A stretch of 64,000 nucleotides of DNA from a virus (Duplodnaviria > Caudoviricetes), in IMG/VR virus record IMGVR_UViG_3300028888_000054. One strand, written 5' to 3'. Within the stretch, counting starts at the first letter, position 1, and each line of letters opens with the position of its first letter. A model generated the notes under the pieces. That model had not been told where the DNA came from, made no database searches, and was given only the letters and a program-made list of their open reading frames with translations. The translations under genes and the position numbers were made by a program. Shown here in pieces: positions 17,548-26,439 of the stretch.

Positions 17548-17597
17548 TACCCCTCCTTGGGTATAAAAAATATCGACAGATTTCTCTGCCGACTTTA
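17548..17597 (-). promoter_or_regulatory. sigma28-like promoter overlapping an upstream terminator hairpin, plus a CsrA-like SD hairpin
   Basis: TAAA-16-GTCGATAT (17597-17570); TACCC-AAGGAG-GGGTA stem-loop (17563-17548). Confidence 0.55.
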
Positions 17598-17604
17598 ATT
17601 TAAC

Positions 17605-18141
17605 TTAGATTAAATCTTCTCTTCCAATGAACGTCAAAGCCTTTGCACGGTTCTTGTGAATCTTATCATAATTAGGATATGACAATTTGCTTGTTCCACG
17701 AGTGTGAGAATAAATCTCTGGGAAGAAATAGCATCTTGATCTGATGTAGAAGAAGTTCCACAAATCCAAATCTTTATTTTTTATGGCTCTTCCGTCCTTT
17801 CCTTCCTTGCGGGCGATAGCATCTTTCAATGCCTCTGCAACACCAACGATTGGCACATCGTCATCTTTGTTTGACTTGTAAACAGAGCCGATAAACACTT
17901 CTCCGTCTTCGCCCTTAATCGCTACCAATGTTCCGCGTGGCTTTGTTCTTTCAAGCTGGAGTCTTCCGTTTCCAACTTCCTTTCCAATGAACCCGTCACG
18001 AATTCTCAAAGAAATGAAACCGTTGTTTCCATGCTCCTTTCTAAATTCATCAACGAACTTCTGTGCTTCATCTCGTGCCTTATTACGAGCTTCTCTTTTC
18101 TCTGCTGCTCTCTTCTTAGCAGCTTCTTCAAATTTATTCAT
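17605..18141 (-). CDS. Hypothetical phage protein
   Basis: AAGGAG RBS; intact ORF. Confidence 0.65.
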   Translation of the reverse strand: MNKFEEAAKKRAAEKREARNKARDEAQKFVDEFRKEHGNNGFISLRIRDGFIGKEVGNGRLQLERTKPRGTLVAIKGEDGEVFIGSVYKSNKDDDVPIVGVAEALKDAIARKEGKDGRAIKNKDLDLWNFFYIRSRCYFFPEIYSHTRGTSKLSYPNYDKIHKNRAKALTFIGREDLI

Positions 18142-18155
18142 CTTTTTCTCCTTTC

Positions 18156-19454
18156 TTAAAAATTATAAGACATTATCGCGTTTTTGTCAATCTTACTAAC
18201 AACTTCTAAAAAATCTTCTTCTCGCTTTCGCTCCTCTGCAGACTTTCCAGAATATACTACCCTTGGACACCATTTATACTCACATTTATCAGCTTGCTTA
18301 AAATGGTCAAACTGTTCAATACCATAATTTGCCGCCTTACATAAGTTTTGTAAAGTTAACATAGCTCCAACTGGCGGATTTTTACCATTAAATAAATCCT
18401 CGTAAAACTTTATAACATTTCTTGCACTTTCCCAAAAGTTCCAATCCTTGTGTTTGTGAATAGTTGGTGGCGCATCAAAACCTACAAACTCTTCATAAAA
18501 TAATAAATCAGGGCCTATTATAGAATAGGCTGCTTTATCACCATTTTTATATGTTCCCATACCAAATGTAGAATATCCCTGCTCATGCTCCCAAGGCATA
18601 TCACTCAAAGAATTTATATAAACTTCAAAATCTTCTCTGATTGAAGATCCAGGTTTATAAATTCTTGTTGCAGCAACATTAAAATGATCCTCTAATGTGT
18701 GCTCTGGATTCTCCCAAAGTGTATAAAAATCATTTACAGCTTTATAAATTTTTCTATAAACGGGATAGCCGTTAAAATCATCTCTATTGTATTTATTTTG
18801 ATACAATACAGAAATTGTAATTTCGTCGGGGTCTTCCCCTAAAATCTCAAAATCTTTCCTTAAAACATTTTCCCAGCCATCTTCTGTTGACCAGTATGTT
18901 ATTAGATCTGCAGCAACATTTATTCCTAATGTTTTTGCTAAACTCATACATTTGAAAGCGTTTTCATAATCTGGAATCAGTCTTCCATTTGCTTTTAAAA
19001 TACTTTCATCAAATGTTTGAAAACAAAATATAGCAGTTGTAAAATTATATTTTGCTAAAACTCTAATAAAATCTTCTGTTATTAAAGCTGGGTGAAGTTC
19101 TATAAGCTTTCTTGCTTTAAGAATATAATCAGGCATACTTTTCAAGTATTTTTCAAATTTTTCTGCAGAAAGATAGTTTGGCGTTCCACCACCAAAAGAA
19201 ACGAGTTTTATGTCTTGTTTACTTAAAATACTATCATACCGTTTAAAAAGTTTTGGCATATATTTAAAATAAAAATCTTCAACTTCTTCTTCTGTATGGT
19301 TTTTCTTTGGGCAACCCTTATGACAGCAAAAAAGGCAATTATCATAAGTTTTGCAAAACGGATTATGTAAATAAACAACAACTGGTCTATCATTCTTTTC
19401 CCATAATTGTTTATAACTAAACAAATCTACTATATTATCACTAAACTCTAACAT
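18156..19454 (-). CDS. HemN-like (class C) radical SAM protein with CX5CX2C motif
   Basis: VYLHNPFCKTYDNCLFC, FGGGTP, QTFD motifs. Confidence 0.8.
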   Translation of the reverse strand: MLEFSDNIVDLFSYKQLWEKNDRPVVVYLHNPFCKTYDNCLFCCHKGCPKKNHTEEEVEDFYFKYMPKLFKRYDSILSKQDIKLVSFGGGTPNYLSAEKFEKYLKSMPDYILKARKLIELHPALITEDFIRVLAKYNFTTAIFCFQTFDESILKANGRLIPDYENAFKCMSLAKTLGINVAADLITYWSTEDGWENVLRKDFEILGEDPDEITISVLYQNKYNRDDFNGYPVYRKIYKAVNDFYTLWENPEHTLEDHFNVAATRIYKPGSSIREDFEVYINSLSDMPWEHEQGYSTFGMGTYKNGDKAAYSIIGPDLLFYEEFVGFDAPPTIHKHKDWNFWESARNVIKFYEDLFNGKNPPVGAMLTLQNLCKAANYGIEQFDHFKQADKCEYKWCPRVVYSGKSAEERKREEDFLEVVSKIDKNAIMSYNF

Positions 19455-20350
19455 TAATATCTATCTCTATCATCTAATTCAAAAAGTGCACTTGGAAAGA
19501 ACATCCAAAGGTGTTCTGGCTTAGCATTTTCCCCAAATTCTATATCCACATTAACAATAATACCTTTAACTTCAACATCTTCAACCGTTAATCCTTCAAC
19601 ACTATCAGACATTTTTATATTTTCACCTTTCACATCGAAGTTTACTAAATTTGATAGTATATCGTTCATCTTACCAAGCATAACAGAACCAAATATTTGC
19701 TTTTGCAAGATATTAAATCTTTTAACCTCTGTTGGTGTTTTATCTTGAAAAAGCAACTGATATCCACCTGATGACATTGCAATACAAATTGTTTTGTTGT
19801 TCTCTTTAATCCCTCTATACTTTGCCGAACCACATAAGCAAATATTAGGAAGTTTAGAACCCCACTCTATAAAATTTCCAAGTTCTATTCCACTCATTCT
19901 AAATTTTACATCTTGAATGCCGAATGCTGTAAAAATGTCTGTTAAGGCATAACAAATATGCTGTACTTCCTGCACTGCTTGCTTTGTTATTTTCATTTCT
20001 TCTACTTCTTCTTCCATATCTATTTCACCTCTTCTTTTTAATTCCTTCCAATCATCATAATCTATTGGCTTTTCTTTAATATAGTCATATTGGCAATTAC
20101 AAATAATTTCTGCCATCACTTTTTTAAAATTTGGTAAATCTTTAGGTTTAAGAGTTTTTTCAACATGCCCAATTTCTTTGGTTTTTCCTTCGATTATAAA
20201 ATCAATTGTTCCATCTTGATCAATTCCAAAAAGTCTATCTTGATAATTATGTCTTACCGCTGGATCAACATCTTTTACACTTTCTTGATTTATTAAGCAT
20301 AAAGCATACCAACTATGTAAACCTTTGTCTGTTGTAAATAACGTAACCAT
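19454..20350 (-). CDS. Hypothetical protein, leaderless start 20350
   Basis: TTGACA-17-TATAAT at 20357-20385, 6 nt before ATG; TAATG coupling to the radical SAM gene. Confidence 0.65.
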   Translation of the reverse strand: MVTLFTTDKGLHSWYALCLINQESVKDVDPAVRHNYQDRLFGIDQDGTIDFIIEGKTKEIGHVEKTLKPKDLPNFKKVMAEIICNCQYDYIKEKPIDYDDWKELKRRGEIDMEEEVEEMKITKQAVQEVQHICYALTDIFTAFGIQDVKFRMSGIELGNFIEWGSKLPNICLCGSAKYRGIKENNKTICIAMSSGGYQLLFQDKTPTEVKRFNILQKQIFGSVMLGKMNDILSNLVNFDVKGENIKMSDSVEGLTVEDVEVKGIIVNVDIEFGENAKPEHLWMFFPSALFELDDRDRY

Positions 20351-20389
20351 AATTAAATTATAAACAGAAATCGTAATTTTGTCAATCAA

Positions 20390-20418
20390 ATAAAAAAGCC
20401 GCTTCTGCGAAGCGGCTT
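20390..20418 (-). terminator. Intrinsic terminator
   Basis: AAGCCGCTTC / GAAGCGGCTT stem plus T tract. Confidence 0.8.
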
Positions 20419-20422
20419 GAAA

Positions 20423-20590
20423 CTATTGCCATAGCCCTGGAGGATCTTCTATATCAATTTCGTTTTGTTTTGAAATAATATATACTCCGTCTTCTCTAAC
20501 TAATATATCTTCAACATTTTTTATTTCTTTCTGGGCATCGCCAGAATGTGCGATGTTTTGCAATTTGTCACATAACTCTGCTACCGTCAT
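20423..20590 (-). CDS. Small hypothetical protein, 55 aa (MTVAELCDKLQN...)
   Basis: Read manually; GGAG RBS and ATGA overlap with dut. Confidence 0.6.
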   Translation of the reverse strand: MTVAELCDKLQNIAHSGDAQKEIKNVEDILVREDGVYIISKQNEIDIEDPPGLWQ

Positions 20591-21090
20591 TTAGTCTCCG
20601 TTGCTGTTCCTGTTGAAGCCCCGTAACCTTTATCACCGCGCTCTGTTTCTCTATCTTCCCAAGTTACTTCTTCAGTAAACGGAATAAGAGTAGGAATAAG
20701 CTGCGCGATTTTTGCACCTTTCTTGATAACAATTTTCTTAAACATATTATTATTTCTAATTACAACTCCAACATTTCCAGTATATTCTATATCTACAACT
20801 CCCGCCTTTGTAGACAACTTCAATTTATAAGCATTTCCGCTTGTGTCTTTTACAAGAGCATAAGCGTTCCAACCTGCTGGTGGTGTCATCTGAATAGCTA
20901 AACCAGTCTTAATAAGCACTGTTTGATGTGCTCTAATTACTAAATCTTCATCAGAAAACAAGTCAAAGCCCGCGTCTGTTTCATGAGCTTTTTTTGGTAT
21001 AATAGCGGTTGGTGAAAGCTTCTTCCACGCTACTTTTACTACTGTCTTTTTAGGTGTTTTTGGTTTCCTTGAATTACTTGTTTCTGCCAT
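20587..21090 (-). CDS. dut: Trimeric dUTPase
   Basis: AGFDL, TSG (variant motif II), GVVDIEYTG, IAQL, RGDKGYGASTG. Confidence 0.88.
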   Translation of the reverse strand: MAETSNSRKPKTPKKTVVKVAWKKLSPTAIIPKKAHETDAGFDLFSDEDLVIRAHQTVLIKTGLAIQMTPPAGWNAYALVKDTSGNAYKLKLSTKAGVVDIEYTGNVGVVIRNNNMFKKIVIKKGAKIAQLIPTLIPFTEEVTWEDRETERGDKGYGASTGTATETK

Positions 21091-21281
21091 TACTCTTTTG
21101 CCTCTTTAATTCCTTTTTCATTAAAAATCTTTCTAAGAGAGTCAATTGCTTCCCCCATCATTTTAGAAGCCTCTTCTACTGTTGGGGCTTCTGTTGTAAC
21201 ATCCATTTGACCTGCGCCCTTAGCAGTCTGTTTAAAATTAAGTCTAGCCCTTGTATTAGGAACATTTACATTTTCTTCCAT
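21090..21281 (-). CDS. Small hypothetical protein
   Basis: AAGGAG RBS; TTGACA-17-TATAAT at 21305-21333. Confidence 0.65.
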   Translation of the reverse strand: MEENVNVPNTRARLNFKQTAKGAGQMDVTTEAPTVEEASKMMGEAIDSLRKIFNEKGIKEAKE

Positions 21282-21355
21282 AACTTTTCTCCTTTCTTGA
21301 TTAAATTATACATATGCCAATAAATTATGTCAAGTTAATTATATTGGAGACTTAA

Positions 21356-24214
21356 ATGAAAAGTTTTAAAGATTTTTGTAAAGAACAAGTGATTGAAGAA
21401 GCAACCCTTGCAGCTGCAGTTGAACAAGCAAAAGAAGAGGGAGATTTAGAGCCAATTAATAAAAAAATAAAAGAAATAGAAAAAATACAAAACAGCTGTG
21501 AAGATCCAGACAAGAAACAAAGCCTAGAGAATGCTTTAAAAAAATTCAAAGAAATACTTAGCAAATTTCAAAAAAAATTTTCTATTGTTACAGAAGCTGA
21601 ACCAGCCCAGGAGCAAGACGATGATGATCAAGAAGATGACTATAAAGAACTTTGGGCCAATGCAGAAGAAAGAGCAAAAGAAGTTGATGATGCAGTAAAA
21701 AGCATAAACATAATTATTAGTAAAGATAATGACAATATAACAAACGACAATGCTCGCTATGCTACTAATAAATTACTTAAAGACCTTTTAGGCATTTTAA
21801 ATGGGGACACTAGCACTTTGTCAAAAGCTGCTAATTTTATTAATATCGCTGCAAAATCAAAAGGCGAACCTAAGGCTCTAACCCTAAAAGAACTTGTAAG
21901 TTGTTTTAACACAGCAAAAAAAGAAGGGGTAAGTTCAGCCTCTTTAACAAGTAAAGATATAGCATCTCCAAAATTTAAAACTGGTTTAATAGTTGGCCTT
22001 GGTATTTTACTTCTAAAAAAACACGCGGGCTCACCAGATTTTACAATTCAAGGAATGGCAAAAGATTCTGAATATGCTGGAGATAAAGTGCTTGGGGAAG
22101 TTTCTAATTCTTTTTCTAATATAAACATAGATAATAGCCTAAAAGAAAAAATTGGCTTACAAGACATTAGCAAAAGTGATACTTTTATTAAAGCTGTTGA
22201 AACTTTTGTTGATAAGCTTTTTGAAGGAAAGCTTGTTAATAGCAAACTAGCGAATACTGAAAACATTAGTAAAACTAACCCAAAAGTGGAACCAGACGAA
22301 ACTAGCCAAAGTAAAACTAATCCCGAAAACATTAGTAAAGCTGATCCTGAAGAAAAATCTAGTGAAATTAGTAAAGCTGATCCTGAAGAAAAATCTAGTG
22401 AAATTAGTAAAGCTGATCCTGAAGAAAAATCTAGTGAAACTAGTTCAAACGAAAACAAAAATTATAAACTTTTTTCATTAAACTCAAAATCTTCACCAGA
22501 AGAAATAAACAATGCAGTTAAAGAATTTTTTGGAGACGGAGATAAAAGTAAACTGGAGCATTTCTTAACAAAAGTAGAAATGCAAAAATCTGAAAACGTT
22601 GCAGTTGGACAAGAAAGAAAAGATTACAACCTGGAAAACTTAGCAAAATACAAAAGAGACCACGAAGATGTTGAAGATAATGGCAATAATGTTTCTGAAA
22701 ATTATGTGCTAAATACATTATATAACAATCCACTTATTTATGAAGGATTTAAAAATTTTGTAAGAAACGTTCATAGCAACCTGCCAACTGTTGGTAGATT
22801 TAAAGTCGGCAATTATAAATCATCTGAAAAGTCTTGGGAAGCTTGTATTTCAAGAATGAAAGAGGCTCAAGCTGAATACGAAAAAAAAGCAGTTGCTATT
22901 TCTGGAAAAGCAACAAGCCCTAATTGTTCTATACCTCAAAAACATTCTCTTTTAACAAAATTAAAATCACTTGCGGGCGAATACAATATTCATTTAAATG
23001 GTATTTTTGAGCAATGCAAGAAAAGAAATGGCTACAATGCAATCGGCTCAGCAATTCATGATGCAAAAAGTGGTTGGTATAAACAACAAATTGATAAGTT
23101 TGAAAAATCAAAAGATACAAACGCTTACAGAGAAAAGCTAATCTCAAAAGAAAACATCAAGAAAGCAATTTCTAATTTATCTACCGAAGAACTTGACAAA
23201 ATAACAAGTATGGGTGGTATAAAAAACAAATATTTATTTGCCTATGGAATTTTAAGTGTTGCCAAAAACAACAGAAAAGGTTTATTTGAAAGAGATATTG
23301 TAAACGGCAAAGGTAATGTAGAAAAAGGTTTAAAAAATATATTGGATAATAACACCGAGGCTTTTGGTGTAGATGCAGACACAAACCTTTATGATTTTGC
23401 TGATATGCTTTTCAACAGCAATAAAGATATTCAAAAGTGGGTTGAGGAAAACAGTAAACAATATGAAACAAGATTAAGAATAGATCCACTTTCTGATGAA
23501 CTAAGACTTCTGCAATCACAAGGAAAAGCTTGGCTAGAAAAAACCTCACAGCAACAACGCTCTGGTGCAGACTTTAAAAAAGAGTTTGGAATTAATGAAT
23601 CAGTATCAAGCATTTCTTTTAAAGAATTTTGTGTTCTTTACGAAGCTGAACAAACAGAACAGCCAACGCAAAGTCAAGGACAAGGTCAACCTACTCCAGA
23701 ACCACTGTGCAAAAATGATAAAGATAAAAGCATATTAGCAACTTTATTTTTGATTAATAACAACTCAAGTGATACAGCCAGAGAAGCTGCAGCTAAATAC
23801 TTAGCAAGCAAAAATGAAGACAAAAAGGGATATACTGTAAACGATTACTTAACAGCAGCAAAAACTTATAGAGAAGATAATGCTAGCGATAATACATACG
23901 TAGACCTTTGTAATTTCTTTAACAAACTTTTAACTTCTCCTGGAAATAATGGTCAGCCACAACAGCCAGTTCAAGCAACACAGGGCCAACAACCACAACA
24001 ACCACAACAAACTGGGGCTAGTCAACCTAATATAAATGATATATCAACACAAAATGACGATAGTGAAACTGGTGCAGGTGTTGAACCTGCCGATAACAAT
24101 TATTCTGTTGCAACTCCGCAAGCAACAGTAACAACTGGTGCAGTTGGGGATTGCAAAATACCAGATAGGTTATATAGAAAAATAATAAGAAGAAAAATTA
24201 ATTCATTTGTATAA
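21356..24214 (+). CDS. Large putative internal head (ejection) protein
   Basis: N-terminus MKSFKDFCKEQVIEEATL resembles the T4 internal-protein targeting sequence; several hydrophobic-x-E-A/G sites; AAGTTAA upstream. Confidence 0.6.
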   Translation: MKSFKDFCKEQVIEEATLAAAVEQAKEEGDLEPINKKIKEIEKIQNSCEDPDKKQSLENALKKFKEILSKFQKKFSIVTEAEPAQEQDDDDQEDDYKELWANAEERAKEVDDAVKSINIIISKDNDNITNDNARYATNKLLKDLLGILNGDTSTLSKAANFINIAAKSKGEPKALTLKELVSCFNTAKKEGVSSASLTSKDIASPKFKTGLIVGLGILLLKKHAGSPDFTIQGMAKDSEYAGDKVLGEVSNSFSNINIDNSLKEKIGLQDISKSDTFIKAVETFVDKLFEGKLVNSKLANTENISKTNPKVEPDETSQSKTNPENISKADPEEKSSEISKADPEEKSSEISKADPEEKSSETSSNENKNYKLFSLNSKSSPEEINNAVKEFFGDGDKSKLEHFLTKVEMQKSENVAVGQERKDYNLENLAKYKRDHEDVEDNGNNVSENYVLNTLYNNPLIYEGFKNFVRNVHSNLPTVGRFKVGNYKSSEKSWEACISRMKEAQAEYEKKAVAISGKATSPNCSIPQKHSLLTKLKSLAGEYNIHLNGIFEQCKKRNGYNAIGSAIHDAKSGWYKQQIDKFEKSKDTNAYREKLISKENIKKAISNLSTEELDKITSMGGIKNKYLFAYGILSVAKNNRKGLFERDIVNGKGNVEKGLKNILDNNTEAFGVDADTNLYDFADMLFNSNKDIQKWVEENSKQYETRLRIDPLSDELRLLQSQGKAWLEKTSQQQRSGADFKKEFGINESVSSISFKEFCVLYEAEQTEQPTQSQGQGQPTPEPLCKNDKDKSILATLFLINNNSSDTAREAAAKYLASKNEDKKGYTVNDYLTAAKTYREDNASDNTYVDLCNFFNKLLTSPGNNGQPQQPVQATQGQQPQQPQQTGASQPNINDISTQNDDSETGAGVEPADNNYSVATPQATVTTGAVGDCKIPDRLYRKIIRRKINSFV
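22331..22438 (+). repeat. 3 x 36-bp perfect tandem repeat encoding ISKADPEEKSSE
   Basis: ATTAGTAAAGCTGATCCTGAAGAAAAATCTAGTGAA x3. Confidence 0.95.
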
Positions 24215-24246
24215 AAAATAAGCCACCCGATCGGGTGGCTTTTATT
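24214..24246. terminator. Bidirectional terminator
   Basis: AGCCACCCG / CGGGTGGCT between convergent genes. Confidence 0.8.
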
Positions 24247-24270
24247 ATGCGCGGGTGAAATTATTACATC

Positions 24271-26436
24271 TTATTTCATCACCGTAAATCCATTTTCATC
24301 TGTTTTTATTTCTATAACTTCCTGAATGCTTTCCTTAACTGTTGGGTTATGGCTAACTACATAAACTCTAGCGTCCTCCGCAACATCTTCAAGAATTGAT
24401 ATCGCTGCTTTTATACCAAACTCATCCAAACCATTATCAAGCAACTCATCTACTATTAATAATCCAGACTGATTAGAGAAGAATACTCTACTCAAGCCAA
24501 ATAAAGCAAAAGCTGCTGCTATTTCCATTCTTGTTTTCTGTCCGCGACTAAATGAAGCAAATGTTATTTTCTCTCCGTCGCACTTTATTGTCTCTACCAA
24601 GTCTTTATCAAACTCTACTTCAATTTTTCTATCGTTAAAGAAGAAAGGAAGATATTGGTTAATCTTTTCATTGAAAACTGGAATCATTTCACCAATAAAG
24701 AACTTTTTAAAGCCATTCGATTTGTTAGAACAACATTCCTTGAGATACTCATAATGTCTCTTTTCATACTCGATTTCTTCCAAAGATTTTTTTGTTTCTT
24801 CTGTCTTTGTTTTAAGCACCTCAATATCTGCTTTAAGTTTTTCAACATAATCTTTATTGTAAACAGACTTAACACTTCCATTTACCGCAGTAATAATTAA
24901 GTTATTGTCTGTTTTAATCTTTGCAAGTTCTGCCAACTTATCACCGATAGAATCAATATACTCTTCTGTATATTTAGGAAGATCAAGTTTGGCTTTCTTT
25001 TCTTTAAGCTCTGTAATTTCAACAAGAAGCTCTTCCTGCTTTTTGCGGTTTTCTTCGTATGTTTTATCAAACTCAGTCTTATGTTTCAAAGCATTCAAAT
25101 ACTTCTCATGAACAACATCGGAATTAGAAACAAAGTTCTTGTCGAGATTTTCTCTAATCATATTTACGTCAGCAAGAAGAGTGTCATAAGTGTCTTTAAA
25201 CTCTGTAAGATTTACCTTTTCTTCTTCGAGCTGCTTATCAAAATCTTTAATATCTTCTTCAAGTTCTTTGATTTTCTTTTCGATAATCTCTCTCTTTCTA
25301 GCAGTTTCCTCAGCATCCATTTCGTGTCCACAATATGGACAAATTGCTTCTTTTACTTTTGCCATATCTTCATTCTGCTTTTTAAGTTCCTTTTCAGAAG
25401 TTTCCTTTTGAGATTTTAAACTTCTTACTTTTTCCATTGAGCCATCAAGCTGAACTTTTGATTTTTCAATTCCACCCTCTCTTGTTTTAATTGTTTCAAG
25501 ATCTATTTTATATTTCTCTTCTTTCTTTTTATTTTCGTCAAAATCAAAATCGCCATATTTAACCAATAATTCTGACTCTTCTTTTGGGAAAGTGTTCATA
25601 GAGTTCAGTTCATCGTGAAGTCTTTTCTTTTCCTTGATTTGTTTTTCATACTCTTCATTTAAAGTAGTATTAGAAAGTTTTGCTTTTTCAGCGGCAACAT
25701 CTATAAACTCAAGTTCTTTTTCTTCAGCTTCAGCTTCTTCTATTTTTTTCTGAGCTTCTTCTTTTTGTTGTTTTAATTCGAGTAATTTTTCTTTTGCTTG
25801 CTTGCTATAATTATCAAGGTTTTCTTGAGCAGATTCTTCTTTTGTTTTACTTTCTGTATATCTAACTCTAGCTTCTTCTTCGCTCTTTTCTAATTCTTTT
25901 ATAATCTTTCTTGTTTCTTCATAAAAGAAAGATATTTCTTTCAGGCTTAAAATATTTTCAAATATGCTAAGCCTGTCTGCATTATTCGCCTTAAAGAAAT
26001 CCGCATAAAATTCTGAAGAAAATACCGTAGAGTTTACAAAAGCCACATAAGGCATTCCGAAATAATCTATTATTAATTCGTTTGTGTCAGAAATGTTTTT
26101 GCAAGAAATATCTTTATCACCTTTAAATAAATAAACTTTATTTTCATGAGTTGTATGTTCACGATACCTCAAAACCTTATAAACTTCATCATCATCGCCA
26201 ACAAACTCTACAGAAACTTTACAATCTTTTCCAATTTTTCTGTTAACAACGTCGGCTACTTTTTCCTGTCTTGTTTTACCATAAAGAGCAAACAGCATTG
26301 CTTCTATAATTGTGGATTTACCAACACCGTTTTTTCCAGAAATGTTTGTAATTCCATTTCCAGATAAATCAATTACTGTTTCTTGAGGACCATAACTAAA
26401 AAAGTTTTTAATACTTACAGATTTTATATACTTCAT
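24271..26436 (-). CDS. gp46: Rad50/SbcC-like ATPase (T4 gp46)
   Basis: GKNGVGKST, CPYC zinc hook, FSRGQ signature, LIVDE, VSH. Confidence 0.93.
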   Translation of the reverse strand: MKYIKSVSIKNFFSYGPQETVIDLSGNGITNISGKNGVGKSTIIEAMLFALYGKTRQEKVADVVNRKIGKDCKVSVEFVGDDDEVYKVLRYREHTTHENKVYLFKGDKDISCKNISDTNELIIDYFGMPYVAFVNSTVFSSEFYADFFKANNADRLSIFENILSLKEISFFYEETRKIIKELEKSEEEARVRYTESKTKEESAQENLDNYSKQAKEKLLELKQQKEEAQKKIEEAEAEEKELEFIDVAAEKAKLSNTTLNEEYEKQIKEKKRLHDELNSMNTFPKEESELLVKYGDFDFDENKKKEEKYKIDLETIKTREGGIEKSKVQLDGSMEKVRSLKSQKETSEKELKKQNEDMAKVKEAICPYCGHEMDAEETARKREIIEKKIKELEEDIKDFDKQLEEEKVNLTEFKDTYDTLLADVNMIRENLDKNFVSNSDVVHEKYLNALKHKTEFDKTYEENRKKQEELLVEITELKEKKAKLDLPKYTEEYIDSIGDKLAELAKIKTDNNLIITAVNGSVKSVYNKDYVEKLKADIEVLKTKTEETKKSLEEIEYEKRHYEYLKECCSNKSNGFKKFFIGEMIPVFNEKINQYLPFFFNDRKIEVEFDKDLVETIKCDGEKITFASFSRGQKTRMEIAAAFALFGLSRVFFSNQSGLLIVDELLDNGLDEFGIKAAISILEDVAEDARVYVVSHNPTVKESIQEVIEIKTDENGFTVMK

Positions 26437-26439
26437 TTA

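Noticed and set aside
22331-22438. 36-bp repeats as a CRISPR array
   Set aside because: Head-to-tail repeats without spacers, in frame within a coding sequence
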